64,000 nt of DNA, taken from positions 219,740-283,739 of IMG/VR virus record IMGVR_UViG_3300045974_000132; one strand, 5' to 3'. Source of the DNA: a virus. Under the pieces are notes generated by a model. That model did not search any database, was not told where the DNA came from, and worked only from the letters and a program-made list of their open reading frames with translations. This document shows positions 1 through 9,448 of this stretch, piece by piece. Position 1 is the stretch's first letter. Every line of letters starts with the position of its first letter. Both the position numbers and the translations under genes were made by a program.

Positions 1-19
1 AATAGCGAAGCCAAACTAC

Positions 20-322
20 TTGGGTAGCAATGAATGGTTGTATAGTCCCACTGTAGACCTATACATCAAAAGTTATTTTCGACACATTAAAGGTGAGTAT
101 GTCCGAACGCTTGTTGTATCCAACGTTCGGGTATATACTCAGCACAAAGGACTGTATGATGCAGTCCTCAGTTTAATGTACAGCCTTCTTTCAGTCGGTG
201 AAGCTGTCTTCATCGAGAACGTATTAGACCCTGAGCAAATTCCTATTTATACGCGCAGAGGTTTTCAGCAATACAATGTTGGGCAAGAAGGACCTCCGTC
301 TTTCTTTTTCATCAAAGTATAA
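20..322 (+). CDS. hypothetical protein
   Basis: 100-aa ORF from track; no recognisable motifs. Confidence 0.3.
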   Translation: MGSNEWLYSPTVDLYIKSYFRHIKGEYVRTLVVSNVRVYTQHKGLYDAVLSLMYSLLSVGEAVFIENVLDPEQIPIYTRRGFQQYNVGQEGPPSFFFIKV

Positions 323-467
323 ACATCTTTAACTCAAACCGTAGGAGGTAGCACACGAAACATACCCGCCCTTTAAGGGTGGAACAACGCGATATGGAAA
401 CTTTAAATAACGTCGGTATCACAAACATCCATATTACGCTCAACCACATCTTCTAAGGAGGTGCCGA

Positions 468-1130
468 ATGTATATTCCGCATATATCCTGCCTTTTCAAG
501 GCTGCAACAAAATCACTTTCATCAACCCTTTGCCTGCTTGCTCTAGTTTTGATTCCGTTGCAAGCTTGTAGTAATATCGAATCATTATCTTCTGTTTCTC
601 CTGAGCTACCTATCGTTTTGAACAACGAAACTTTCAAGCAGGAAGAAGCAGCGCAAAAGCCGCTAGTGACCGATGATACTGATTCCGTCTTTGCGGCTAA
701 GGCCTCTTCATACATGAAGAGGGTAAATAAAAACCTTTCAGACAATGATGCTCGTGCTTTTGCCGTGTACATCAATCGTGCGTCTGAGGAGTACGGTGTT
801 GATAAACACTTGCTCTTAGCGTTGATTCGGATAGAAAGCCGATTCAATCGCACTGCCAAGTCACCAGATGGCGCTAAAGGTTTAACTCAGGTGATTCCCA
901 GGTATCATAGGAGTAAGATCGCAGAAGCACAACGCTTCTATAAAGGCGACTTATTTCATCCGGGGGTAAGTATATTCGTAGGGGCTTCTGCATTCCGTGA
1001 ATGTATTCAGAACACTAGGGATATATCGTCAGCTTTGTTGTGCTACAACGGAAGCCAATGGGACAGGTCTAAGCATTATGCTAAACTTGTACTCGGGGAA
1101 TACCGGGTAGTTAAAGCACAAGTTCTATAA
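468..1130 (+). CDS. lytic transglycosylase (SLT domain) lipoprotein
   Basis: SLT catalytic motif LLLALIRIESRFN...GLTQV; N-terminal hydrophobic signal with lipobox-like LQAC; RBS AAGGAGG 6 nt upstream. Confidence 0.7.
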   Translation: MYIPHISCLFKAATKSLSSTLCLLALVLIPLQACSNIESLSSVSPELPIVLNNETFKQEEAAQKPLVTDDTDSVFAAKASSYMKRVNKNLSDNDARAFAVYINRASEEYGVDKHLLLALIRIESRFNRTAKSPDGAKGLTQVIPRYHRSKIAEAQRFYKGDLFHPGVSIFVGASAFRECIQNTRDISSALLCYNGSQWDRSKHYAKLVLGEYRVVKAQVL

Positions 1131-1134
1131 GCAA

Positions 1135-1170
1135 AAGGGCAGTTGTCTAATCGGGCAGCTGCCCTTTTTT
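1135..1170 (+). terminator. rho-independent terminator-like hairpin + T6
   Basis: aagggcag...gggcagctgccc followed by tttttt immediately after SLT gene stop. Confidence 0.5.
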
Positions 1171-1841
1171 GCCTTCTGGATTACGCATTCAATACTGTAA
1201 AAACTGTATATGATTACTCTAACTTCGACCCTACGTCCATGCCCTTTGATCCCTACACATGCCTTAATTGGTATGAAATAAGTCCTGAGTACAAGCCAGA
1301 TAAGCACAAAGGCTATTCCTTCCTTATGCTTGCGTATTGCGTTGACGACCTTGTTATCGAAATGGGTCAGGTTGCTGTAACAAGTACGAATGAATATTGG
1401 TGGTTTACTACCAATCCGAATATACACTGTAAGCATACTGCTTCCTCTCATTATAAGTATCCTGAAGATGCAAGGGAAGCACTTGGTGACTATGTAGCGT
1501 CGGAGATTATAAGAATGCGAAACTTAGATACACCTGTATTCAATCACGATCTACCTAAAGTAGTTTGGTGTAAGTCAGATGAAAAAGCAAGAGCCGATAG
1601 TGATTATGATATAGGTGGTTTTCAAGCAGGGATGGATTGGGCTTTACGAACAAGCGGGGTTCCTCGTAAGCCTACTTGGGCAACTTACATTGTTCAAAAC
1701 CGCGACAGATCATTAACTTGGTTTGAATGTAAACCTACTTATCATCACAATGACGGAAAATGGATTTGTGATGAAGGTAGATCAGAGGTAGTAATTCTTT
1801 ACGATAGTCAATGGAGCAAAGCGATTAAAAGGATTAAATAA
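1143..1841 (+). CDS. hypothetical protein (start uncertain; alternative ATG 1239)
   Basis: 232-aa ORF; annotated start lies inside the terminator hairpin and upstream of an ACTGTAAAAA motif at 1194, so true start is probably the in-frame ATG at 1239. Confidence 0.4.
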   Translation: MSNRAAALFCLLDYAFNTVKTVYDYSNFDPTSMPFDPYTCLNWYEISPEYKPDKHKGYSFLMLAYCVDDLVIEMGQVAVTSTNEYWWFTTNPNIHCKHTASSHYKYPEDAREALGDYVASEIIRMRNLDTPVFNHDLPKVVWCKSDEKARADSDYDIGGFQAGMDWALRTSGVPRKPTWATYIVQNRDRSLTWFECKPTYHHNDGKWICDEGRSEVVILYDSQWSKAIKRIK

Positions 1842-1842
1842 C

Positions 1843-2073
1843 ATGAAAGCAGCCTCGCTTAAACGTCTAGCTTACAGGTTCTTCACTTTCAGGTGGGCTT
1901 GGACTTGGATGCTAATGGATTCAGATGATCCGACTTGTCACTGTGCTTTGTACAGAGACCGGGGCTGCTCGTATGTAGATAGCTGTTTATGCAAGTACCC
2001 TTACTGCTCAATACTAAAAGAGTATAAACGAACTAAACCTAGAGGACATCATGGGCCTTTATCGAATATATGA
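1843..2073 (+). CDS. hypothetical small Cys-rich protein
   Basis: 76-aa ORF, ATG 2 nt after preceding stop. Confidence 0.3.
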   Translation: MKAASLKRLAYRFFTFRWAWTWMLMDSDDPTCHCALYRDRGCSYVDSCLCKYPYCSILKEYKRTKPRGHHGPLSNI

Positions 2074-2278
2074 AACGGGTGTAGCTACACCTGTCGGAGT
2101 TATTGTTGCAAAGAATAAAGCGGTAGCGGAAGCTTATGCTCAAGGCAAATACGGAGCAAGCTCTTCTGTACAACTTGTTAATTGGAAGCAAGTTCTTGAG
2201 CAGGGTCAAGTTTGCGTAGTAATTGAAACTCATGAGAAGAGTACAGGACTTCACGGAACTATTCGGGTAATAACATGA
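2051..2278 (+). CDS. hypothetical protein
   Basis: 75-aa ORF; overlaps flanking ORFs by a few nt (operon-like packing). Confidence 0.3.
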   Translation: MGLYRIYETGVATPVGVIVAKNKAVAEAYAQGKYGASSSVQLVNWKQVLEQGQVCVVIETHEKSTGLHGTIRVIT

Positions 2279-2730
2279 TGGAAATAACAGAGCATATAAA
2301 ACATCAGTCTTGGAAGCTCCTTGTAGATCAACATATAGGCGGTGGGAGTGCACGCGCTGTTTGGTCTTCATTGTTATTCCCAGACGCTGTTATAAAAGTC
2401 GAAGATGATGCACGATCATTCCAAAATGTTATGGAATGGGAGACTTGGCATCGAGTAAAAGGTAGTGCTTACGAAAAATGGTTTGCACCTTGCTTGCACA
2501 TAAGCCCAGATGGTACTCTCTTGCTTATGGCTAAGACTACATTGCCCGGCATGAGTGATCTTCCTCCGAAGATGCCTATTTTTCTATGTGACTTCAAACG
2601 AACAAACTATGGGCTGCTAGATGGAAGAATTGTATGCCATGATTATGGCCTACCTCATTCTATTAAAACAGGTATGTCTAAGCGTATGCAAGATGTAACT
2701 TGGACAGACAACGTTAAGGTTGCATATTAA
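2275..2730 (+). CDS. hypothetical protein, possible protein-kinase-like fold
   Basis: Gly-rich IGGGSARAVW, VIKVE lysine, DFKRTNYG...DGRIVCHDYG resemble kinase G-loop, VAIK and catalytic loop; weak. Confidence 0.3.
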   Translation: MMEITEHIKHQSWKLLVDQHIGGGSARAVWSSLLFPDAVIKVEDDARSFQNVMEWETWHRVKGSAYEKWFAPCLHISPDGTLLLMAKTTLPGMSDLPPKMPIFLCDFKRTNYGLLDGRIVCHDYGLPHSIKTGMSKRMQDVTWTDNVKVAY

Positions 2731-2742
2731 ATAGGCCATATA

Positions 2743-3648
2743 ATGAAACTTACACGACGCGGTTTTCTAAAGCTTTCTGGCAGCATGTTCTTGGCAGCAG
2801 TTCCTATACCTGCTTTCTGTGAGGTATCTTCTTCTGAGAATGTTATAACTCAGGCTTTGCTAAATCCTAGCATCCCTCTACCTATTACAGCACTGACTGA
2901 CATAAACAATATCATCTGCTCCGTGCATGAAGCTTATGAATTCATTATCAATAAGTTTGAAGTTAATGATGCAAGAACGCAGTCTTACATGCGCGAGGGT
3001 GTATATCAAACTATGCAGGAGTTTCAGTCCCGGCGTCAGATATATGATTTCGCTGTTGTCTGTGATGATTCAAACAACCCTGTGTCTGTCATTGATTCTA
3101 ATGATCTGATACTAGACGTTGCTATTAAGGTATTTCCTTTTGCAGATGCTCATTTGCGATTTTCAATGCAGGAAGACTTACGGGATGTGATTGATAAGTC
3201 TTTGCATATTTCAGATGTGATACTTGTCACCAATGATCTGAATCTGGATGTGCAAACGCTTGCTAAGAGTAAGCCTGCCTTATGCGTATATGCAGTAGCC
3301 CAATCTGCAACACCTTCAGACTTAGAGAATTTACACTCGGCTATATGCTCCACCTTTTTTGACAATTATCGTTCACATAAAGAATACGGTGAAGATAATA
3401 CATTGATGGGGCCGCGCAGAGGACTCCTTAGGTCTGAGCATATGTCTAAGGTGAATTGGAATAGTACCTACTTGTCACACGCTCAACGCGATGCCGCTTA
3501 TGCGCGAGGTATAAACTCTTTTACTAACTATCCGGGTATGGGTGTATGTGCCTGGAGTTCATTTGCTTGGTTTAACGGTGTTCTGTATGATCGAACTACC
3601 ATAACATCTTTTACTTCACGCGATATTTCTTTTGAGGAAGTTGTATGA
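2743..3648 (+). CDS. Tat-signal exported protein, function unknown
   Basis: N-terminus MKLTRRGFLKLSGSMFLAAVPIPAF matches twin-arginine consensus (T/S-R-R-x-F-L-K) plus h-region. Confidence 0.5.
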   Translation: MKLTRRGFLKLSGSMFLAAVPIPAFCEVSSSENVITQALLNPSIPLPITALTDINNIICSVHEAYEFIINKFEVNDARTQSYMREGVYQTMQEFQSRRQIYDFAVVCDDSNNPVSVIDSNDLILDVAIKVFPFADAHLRFSMQEDLRDVIDKSLHISDVILVTNDLNLDVQTLAKSKPALCVYAVAQSATPSDLENLHSAICSTFFDNYRSHKEYGEDNTLMGPRRGLLRSEHMSKVNWNSTYLSHAQRDAAYARGINSFTNYPGMGVCAWSSFAWFNGVLYDRTTITSFTSRDISFEEVV

Positions 3649-3872
3649 CTACGCCTACGCCTACACAACATGATCTGACACGCGAAGAAGCAATTGCATG
3701 GGCTATTGCAAACAACTGTAATTTCCAAGCACCTGTGTTTCCTCCGCCTCAGGGTTGGATGTGGGCTGATCGAGCAGTTGGTGGGGTGTATAGTATTATT
3801 CTTACTCCAGTGTTCACAAATACTGAAGACGCTGAAATAACTATCTCTGATTTAATTAAGGATATAACATAA
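3645..3872 (+). CDS. hypothetical protein
   Basis: 75-aa ORF; ATGA overlap with upstream gene. Confidence 0.35.
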   Translation: MTTPTPTQHDLTREEAIAWAIANNCNFQAPVFPPPQGWMWADRAVGGVYSIILTPVFTNTEDAEITISDLIKDIT

Positions 3873-4867
3873 TGAAACAATACTTAGACCTTCTTCGTCG
3901 AATTCGTGATACAGGTACGCGTCAAGCTAATCGCACAGGCATTGATTCAATCTTTGTACCTGGCGCCATGATGCAGTTTGACCTACGCGAAGGCTTCCCA
4001 GCTGTCACAACAAAGAAGTTGTTCTTCAAGAAGACTATTGGTGAGAACATCGGCTTCTTGCAAGGTAAGGACAACGCTGCTGACTTTCGTGCATTAGGTT
4101 GTGACATTTGGGATGGCAATGCTAATCGTGACGGCGTTGATCTTGCAGGTAATGTAGTACCTAATCTGTGGCTGACAAACAAGAATCGCAAAGGTGAAGA
4201 TGATCTTGGTCGCATCTATGGTGTGCAATGGCGTCACTGGCGTGGCAAGCCTATTCTGAAAGAATCTACTCCTGTATTTTCTGATGCAAAGAATATGCAC
4301 TTCCTAGCTGAAATGGACTTCATTGAAGTCGATCAAGTTCAAAACATCCTGGCAAAACTCAAGACCAATCCTACAGATCGTCGCATGATTATCAATGCTT
4401 GGCGTCCTGATGAATTCGATCAGATGGCTTTGCCTCCGTGTCACATCATGTACCAGTTCATTGCCAACGTTGAAAAGAATGAACTGCACCTGTGTATGTA
4501 CCAGCGTAGCTGTGATATGTTCCTCGGTGTTCCGTTTAATATCGCAGGCTCTTCGATCTTGCTTACTGTGATTGCTGCTTTGACAGGCTTCCAACCTGCT
4601 ACCTTCACTCACTTCTTAGCTGATGCTCATATCTATGTGAATCACCTTGAGCAGATTGAACTGCAACTCAGTCGTGAACCTAAGCAAGCACCTGTTCTTG
4701 CTTACACAGGTCCAGGTAGCGAAGAGTGGAACTCTGAAAATGAAATTCCACTATATTCAAGTGACGGCATTATCTGTGCCTCAGTGTTTGATGAATTGAA
4801 GCCTGAACACTTCAACCTTCTTGACTACGATCCGCATCCTGCAATCAAAGCTGACATGGCTGTATAA
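3872..4867 (+). CDS. thyA: thymidylate synthase family enzyme (ThyA-like; dUMP-specific)
   Basis: Near-canonical ThyA motifs: MKQYLDLL..TGTR..R(T)G, catalytic PCH (ALPPCHIMYQF), YQRSCDMFLGVPFNIA (Asn = uracil-specific), DAHIYVNH, C-terminal YDPHPAIKA; extra insertions vs E. coli ThyA. Confidence 0.9.
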   Translation: MKQYLDLLRRIRDTGTRQANRTGIDSIFVPGAMMQFDLREGFPAVTTKKLFFKKTIGENIGFLQGKDNAADFRALGCDIWDGNANRDGVDLAGNVVPNLWLTNKNRKGEDDLGRIYGVQWRHWRGKPILKESTPVFSDAKNMHFLAEMDFIEVDQVQNILAKLKTNPTDRRMIINAWRPDEFDQMALPPCHIMYQFIANVEKNELHLCMYQRSCDMFLGVPFNIAGSSILLTVIAALTGFQPATFTHFLADAHIYVNHLEQIELQLSREPKQAPVLAYTGPGSEEWNSENEIPLYSSDGIICASVFDELKPEHFNLLDYDPHPAIKADMAV

Positions 4868-4882
4868 CTAAGGAGAATCAAA

Positions 4883-5302
4883 ATGAATGAAACGAGACCT
4901 AAATCTAAAAAAGCTATGGCCCGTGCAGCAAGCGGTAGCACTATATCTGCTCCTAGCTTTGGTATGAAATCCCCAGGTACGTCTATTGGCGATAGCACAC
5001 CTTCTATCTCTCAAGTTACCGGTGTATTTAGTACAGCAAATCCTGCTGAAGAATTAGCTACACCTACTTCTCAAGCCTTTGATGATCTTCGTACTATGCT
5101 TGATGCAACTGCTATGTATGTAAGTCAGCTTGAGCGTCGGTTGAAACCCGTATCTTCCCAACGTGACTGCGGGGAAGGTAAGATGGAATCATATCCTTCT
5201 CGCGGGTCAAGTCCTATTGTTACACACATTGAATCTTTGGCCAACTATGTTCAAAATCTAAACTGTCAACTTTCTTCCATCATTACTGATCTTGAAATCT
5301 AA
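4883..5302 (+). CDS. hypothetical Ser/Thr-rich protein
   Basis: 139-aa ORF; RBS AAGGAG upstream. Confidence 0.4.
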   Translation: MNETRPKSKKAMARAASGSTISAPSFGMKSPGTSIGDSTPSISQVTGVFSTANPAEELATPTSQAFDDLRTMLDATAMYVSQLERRLKPVSSQRDCGEGKMESYPSRGSSPIVTHIESLANYVQNLNCQLSSIITDLEI

Positions 5303-5307
5303 TCACC

Positions 5308-6273
5308 ATGACTAAATCTACACAAGCTTCATCCAATAAAATCACCATCAATCACATGTACGACCTCTATGAGTTGTACGCGGTTATGTACTCACGCGAC
5401 TATGCTTGGAAGGCAGCAGAAGCTCGGGGCCTAAGTTATGTTATGACCCAGGCTGCAATCCGTTCTAAGAAGCTCCTTGCTCAAGGCAAGAAAGCTTATG
5501 ACTATGCTAAGAACGGTTTCAACGTGCTTGAAGTATTCAGCGGCAAGGGTGAGCATCTTCCTCACGTTAAGCTGCCTAAAGACCTTACACTGAAGTCTTA
5601 CACCCATAATGATCTTCGTAATCATACAGGTGTTGCTACAAACTTTGTTCAAGGTGACGCACTGACCACTAAGTTTGATGGTCACAACTTTGCTTGTGCT
5701 TTGTTCTATAGCATGAGCAGCCTTCATGATGAACACGGGTCCCACAATCGGAAGTATCTGATCCAGCTGTTCAAGAACATGTATGACAGTCTGCCTGAAG
5801 GCGGCTGCTTCTTCGTAGACTTCTGCCCAGATGGTTATCGTCTAAGCTTGTCTGTTGAATCTACTGACAACGAAGACATGGCTGAAATCACCGTTGATCC
5901 TAATGCTGATCTTCGTGAACGTTTCAACATTCCTTTTGATGTTGAGTGTAAGCTCCGGTACAAGAAGCATGTGTATTATGATCGTTCATTGGCTCAGTGC
6001 TTCGATCAATTCACTACACCCGTTTCAATCATGGTCGGTAACAAGACTGTTGCCAGTATTACAATCGAAGAACCGATGACTCAGCGGTATTTCTCTGAAG
6101 CAGAGTTGGCCGATATTGCTCGGGAAGCTGGCTTCAAAGACTTCATGTTCTTCGACCTCAACTACTCCAATAGTGATTTCAGTGTTGCTGAAAACATTGT
6201 TGAAAGCGATGAAGGTATTGAAACTGAAGAAGCGGACGGCTATATGGTTAACGGCATGATGGTGATAAAATAA
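5308..6273 (+). CDS. putative SAM-dependent methyltransferase (class I fold)
   Basis: VLEVFSGKGE (motif I-like), acidic TNFVQGDAL..FDGHNF (motif II-like), LPEGGCFFVDF (motif III-like); degenerate, moderate. Confidence 0.4.
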   Translation: MTKSTQASSNKITINHMYDLYELYAVMYSRDYAWKAAEARGLSYVMTQAAIRSKKLLAQGKKAYDYAKNGFNVLEVFSGKGEHLPHVKLPKDLTLKSYTHNDLRNHTGVATNFVQGDALTTKFDGHNFACALFYSMSSLHDEHGSHNRKYLIQLFKNMYDSLPEGGCFFVDFCPDGYRLSLSVESTDNEDMAEITVDPNADLRERFNIPFDVECKLRYKKHVYYDRSLAQCFDQFTTPVSIMVGNKTVASITIEEPMTQRYFSEAELADIAREAGFKDFMFFDLNYSNSDFSVAENIVESDEGIETEEADGYMVNGMMVIK

Positions 6274-6899
6274 TGCTTACACCTGATCAAATTGAACATA
6301 ACTGGAATGAGCTTCAACGTTACATTCCTGAGCATCTAAAACCTATCTTCTCTCGTTACAATCACGATGTGCAAGTAGAGGATGTTCAAATACTAGGACT
6401 CATGTGTGCACCTGCTGGTAAGGGTGTGCATCATGCTTATCAAGGAGGCTTAGTTGAGCATATCCTTGAAATGGTCTACTATCTCAATTCTTTTGATAGT
6501 CTTCTTGACGAGAGTGATAATCGTGCTTCCTTGGATCACGCAGCTATGATTGAAGGCGCTCTGTTGCATGATATTCATAAAGGCTTCATGCACTTCTATG
6601 TACAGAAGGACGGTAGCTTTGATTACTACAAGGGTGCTTGGAACGCTTTCAACACACCTAATCAAAAAACTATTGCTATGCTGATGGAGTGCGATGTTAT
6701 TATCAGTCCGAAAGTATTGCACATCCTCAATTGTAGTGAAGGCGGCTGGGCTGAGAATGCTCCTCGCGAAGCAACGGTAGAAGCAAAGCTCGTTTATGTT
6801 GCAGATGAATTGAGCGTTGTCAATAGCCGTCTCAAGCAAGGTAACACTAAATCTATTCGTGACCAAAAGCCTTCTTGGTTTGATCTATCCGCTTTTTAA
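6273..6899 (+). CDS. HD-domain phosphohydrolase
   Basis: H...HD...D arrangement: GGLVEHILE, ALLHDIHKG, VYVADELS. Confidence 0.6.
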   Translation: MLTPDQIEHNWNELQRYIPEHLKPIFSRYNHDVQVEDVQILGLMCAPAGKGVHHAYQGGLVEHILEMVYYLNSFDSLLDESDNRASLDHAAMIEGALLHDIHKGFMHFYVQKDGSFDYYKGAWNAFNTPNQKTIAMLMECDVIISPKVLHILNCSEGGWAENAPREATVEAKLVYVADELSVVNSRLKQGNTKSIRDQKPSWFDLSAF

Positions 6900-6908
6900 A
6901 AGGTACTT

Positions 6909-7355
6909 ATGTCACAACATCCTCTTCCCATTACATCTAAAAAAGGTGTATCTACTCGCTGCTTTGTTGAATATGAAATCGACCTAGGTGGTAGTGAGCT
7001 TAAACTTCAAACACCTGTGCTGTTCAAGCGTATCCTGCGCGTGGGTACTAAGTTTATTGTCGTCGCTGAGATTCTCGGTAATCCTGTGGCGGAGTATTCT
7101 TTGCAAATTCTCCAAGTAGCTTCAATGAACTACATCCCACTAAGTGCGAAGTACATTGATTCTATAGTGCTTGCAGATAGTACCTTGGTGCATTTCTTTG
7201 CTCAACCTAAGGGCGCAAGTACCGATACTTCTGCACCAGTATCTGAACTAGCGGCTGCTCAAGTACGTCGTCCTACTAGCCCTCCTCGCGAAGAAGACCT
7301 AGTACGTCAAAGTAAGAGCAATCTTCGTGAACAAGTAAAGAACGACAAGGAATAA
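6909..7355 (+). CDS. hypothetical protein
   Basis: 148-aa ORF. Confidence 0.4.
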   Translation: MSQHPLPITSKKGVSTRCFVEYEIDLGGSELKLQTPVLFKRILRVGTKFIVVAEILGNPVAEYSLQILQVASMNYIPLSAKYIDSIVLADSTLVHFFAQPKGASTDTSAPVSELAAAQVRRPTSPPREEDLVRQSKSNLREQVKNDKE

Positions 7356-7359
7356 TATC

Positions 7360-8061
7360 ATGCACGTAATCCCACTCGGTACCGGCGGCGCTTTTGATGA
7401 ATACGAAACCTGTTACCTAGTTAATGATTCTGTTTTGATTGACTGCGGTCCGTCTTCAATCAAACGAGCATTCCGGTATGGGTGGGCTGAAGATATTACT
7501 CACGTGTTCCTTAGTCACATACATGCAGACCACATTGGTGGTTTTGAAGCCTTGTACTACTATCGCAAGTATGTGACTAAGACACCTATCAAGGAAGTAT
7601 ATTGTCCGGGTGAATTCTATAAGCTTGCAAAGCAAATGCCTTTCTTACGTAACAATAAGGTCAACTTCCAGTTCAACTTCCTAGCAAGCTATTCCAGCAA
7701 CTTCGTATTTATTGATACTGAGTTTGGTACTATAGGTGTACAACCGTTTCATGTGCTGCACGGTGAACTAGAAGCTTACGGCTTTACTATCATTGACCAA
7801 GCAACTGGTAAAGTATTAATCATATCAGGTGATACAGACGGCCCTGTTAATGCTCGCCGCAGTAAATTTGATCTTATGTTTCATGACATAGGATGGGAAG
7901 GTCTACCCACTGAGTCTGATGACCATAAAGTTCATCCTCGTGAGTCCGAACTCGTAGAAGCTTTTGGGGAAGGGGCACCGATTGTTACAATTCACACCGC
8001 TGATCGTACTCCCCTTGGTGTATATCCCCGCGCTAAAATTGATAAGGTGTACAATGTCTGA
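7360..8061 (+). CDS. metallo-beta-lactamase-fold hydrolase (RNase Z / phosphodiesterase-like)
   Basis: HxHxDH motif FLSHIHADHIGG, downstream His/Asp ligands (ISGDTDG, FHDIGWEG, IHTAD). Confidence 0.7.
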   Translation: MHVIPLGTGGAFDEYETCYLVNDSVLIDCGPSSIKRAFRYGWAEDITHVFLSHIHADHIGGFEALYYYRKYVTKTPIKEVYCPGEFYKLAKQMPFLRNNKVNFQFNFLASYSSNFVFIDTEFGTIGVQPFHVLHGELEAYGFTIIDQATGKVLIISGDTDGPVNARRSKFDLMFHDIGWEGLPTESDDHKVHPRESELVEAFGEGAPIVTIHTADRTPLGVYPRAKIDKVYNV

Positions 8062-9436
8062 TAACAAACCGTTAGTTGTGTATCACAAAATCTCAGAGGC
8101 TCTCGATTGCTCTGATGGTTTTGCGTCTGCTTTTGTATTCTGGTTGCGCCACGGTGATAGCTATGACTACGTACCGGGTATGTACCATAAGAGGCTACCT
8201 CTTGAACTCTTTAAAGATCGTGAAGTTTATTTCGTAGACTTTGCCTATGATGATACCGAGTACATGGATCAGATAAATTCAGTTTCTGAATCGTTATTAG
8301 TGCTAGACCACCATAGAACTTCGATGATCTCTTTAGGCACTAAGCCTTATGCTAGATTGGACACTAAAAGTTGCGGCTGCAAGATGGCTTGGGATCTTTT
8401 ATTTCCAACTCTTCCTTTTCCTTTGATGCTCGATCAGGTGTTTGATAAAGATGTCCAGTCTAAAAGACTTGCAGATAATGAGCCTTTTATGCAACGCTTA
8501 CGTAGTATGCCCAATGACTTTAAAGTATGGCATAAGCTCCAGCTTACGTTAGATACTCGTGGCCCTGCATATGATAAGTTTGTTAAAGAAGGCGACCTCC
8601 TTCTCGCTGGGCATAATCAACATTGTGATATTATTGCAGCCAGTGCTTTTCCTATTGTCTTAGGTGGCATTGAAGGGCTTGCAGTAAATGCTAATAAGTT
8701 TTATGCCCATGACGTAGGTGAACTTCTTGCACTAAAGTCTAATACTTTTGGAGCCTCTTTCCATTTTCGTGAAGATAACTGTGTAGAATTCAGCCTTACA
8801 AGTGTAAATGACTTTGATGTAGAAAAGCTTGCCTTTAAGTATAAAGGAGGAGGCCATATTAACGCATCCGGCTTCTATATTCCTATTACAAGCTTCTCCA
8901 GCATAGTCGACCTTTCAAGTAAGAATGTTTCCTTCTATCTTACTCTTCAAACGCACATTGATGAATTCTGCACATCGTATTCTGCACCTTTATTCAGTGA
9001 GCAAGCTTCTCATAGGATTGTGCATGATCTAGCAGAATACCTATCTACTAAGTTGGGTAGTGTGGTAGATGAACTTCAGATTAAAGTCACTACAGTTCGT
9101 TCTGAGAATATTGCCCTTAATACTCGAATCCTTCTGTTCATTGCTAATACACTGAATCTACCTATGAAGGACTCTAAGAAACGATGGTATCATCATATAC
9201 TTCCTTACAAGATAAAATCAGTTCCTGTATATGACGACAGCCAGATTTCAGAACTGCTGGAGTTAGCCCGTTCTGATAATCAAGCGGATACTAACGATTT
9301 CATCGTTAACAACCTTCTTCAAACTGTAAAATATAGGTATGAAGCAACACTTATAGACCCTACTGCTTATGAAGCATCTGTCAACGTTAGCTTCCCTAAT
9401 AGCAATTTCTTCATCCAACATAAATTCTCTGTCTAA
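8054..9436 (+). CDS. DHH-DHHA1 family phosphoesterase (NrnA/RecJ-like) with C-terminal extension
   Basis: DHH motifs DCSDG, VDFAYDD, LVLDHHRTS; DHHA1 signature KYKGGGHINASGF; ATG 8054 overlaps MBL gene stop by 8 nt; C-terminal ~150 aa homologous to ORF 13575-14075. Confidence 0.65.
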   Translation: MSDNKPLVVYHKISEALDCSDGFASAFVFWLRHGDSYDYVPGMYHKRLPLELFKDREVYFVDFAYDDTEYMDQINSVSESLLVLDHHRTSMISLGTKPYARLDTKSCGCKMAWDLLFPTLPFPLMLDQVFDKDVQSKRLADNEPFMQRLRSMPNDFKVWHKLQLTLDTRGPAYDKFVKEGDLLLAGHNQHCDIIAASAFPIVLGGIEGLAVNANKFYAHDVGELLALKSNTFGASFHFREDNCVEFSLTSVNDFDVEKLAFKYKGGGHINASGFYIPITSFSSIVDLSSKNVSFYLTLQTHIDEFCTSYSAPLFSEQASHRIVHDLAEYLSTKLGSVVDELQIKVTTVRSENIALNTRILLFIANTLNLPMKDSKKRWYHHILPYKIKSVPVYDDSQISELLELARSDNQADTNDFIVNNLLQTVKYRYEATLIDPTAYEASVNVSFPNSNFFIQHKFSV

Positions 9437-9448
9437 GGAATACACACC

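Noticed and set aside
370-390. Imperfect hairpin cccgccctttaagggtgg upstream of SLT gene
   Set aside because: The stem has a mismatch and there is no T-tract. It is too weak to call a terminator.
440-859. 139-aa minus-strand ORF overlapping the SLT gene
   Set aside because: It is entirely antisense to a gene with a clear catalytic motif and RBS, and has no RBS of its own. The same judgement applies to most minus-strand ORFs in the track (1125-1451, 2039-2371, 14320-14658, 22226-22723, 33766-34182, 57119-57703 and others).
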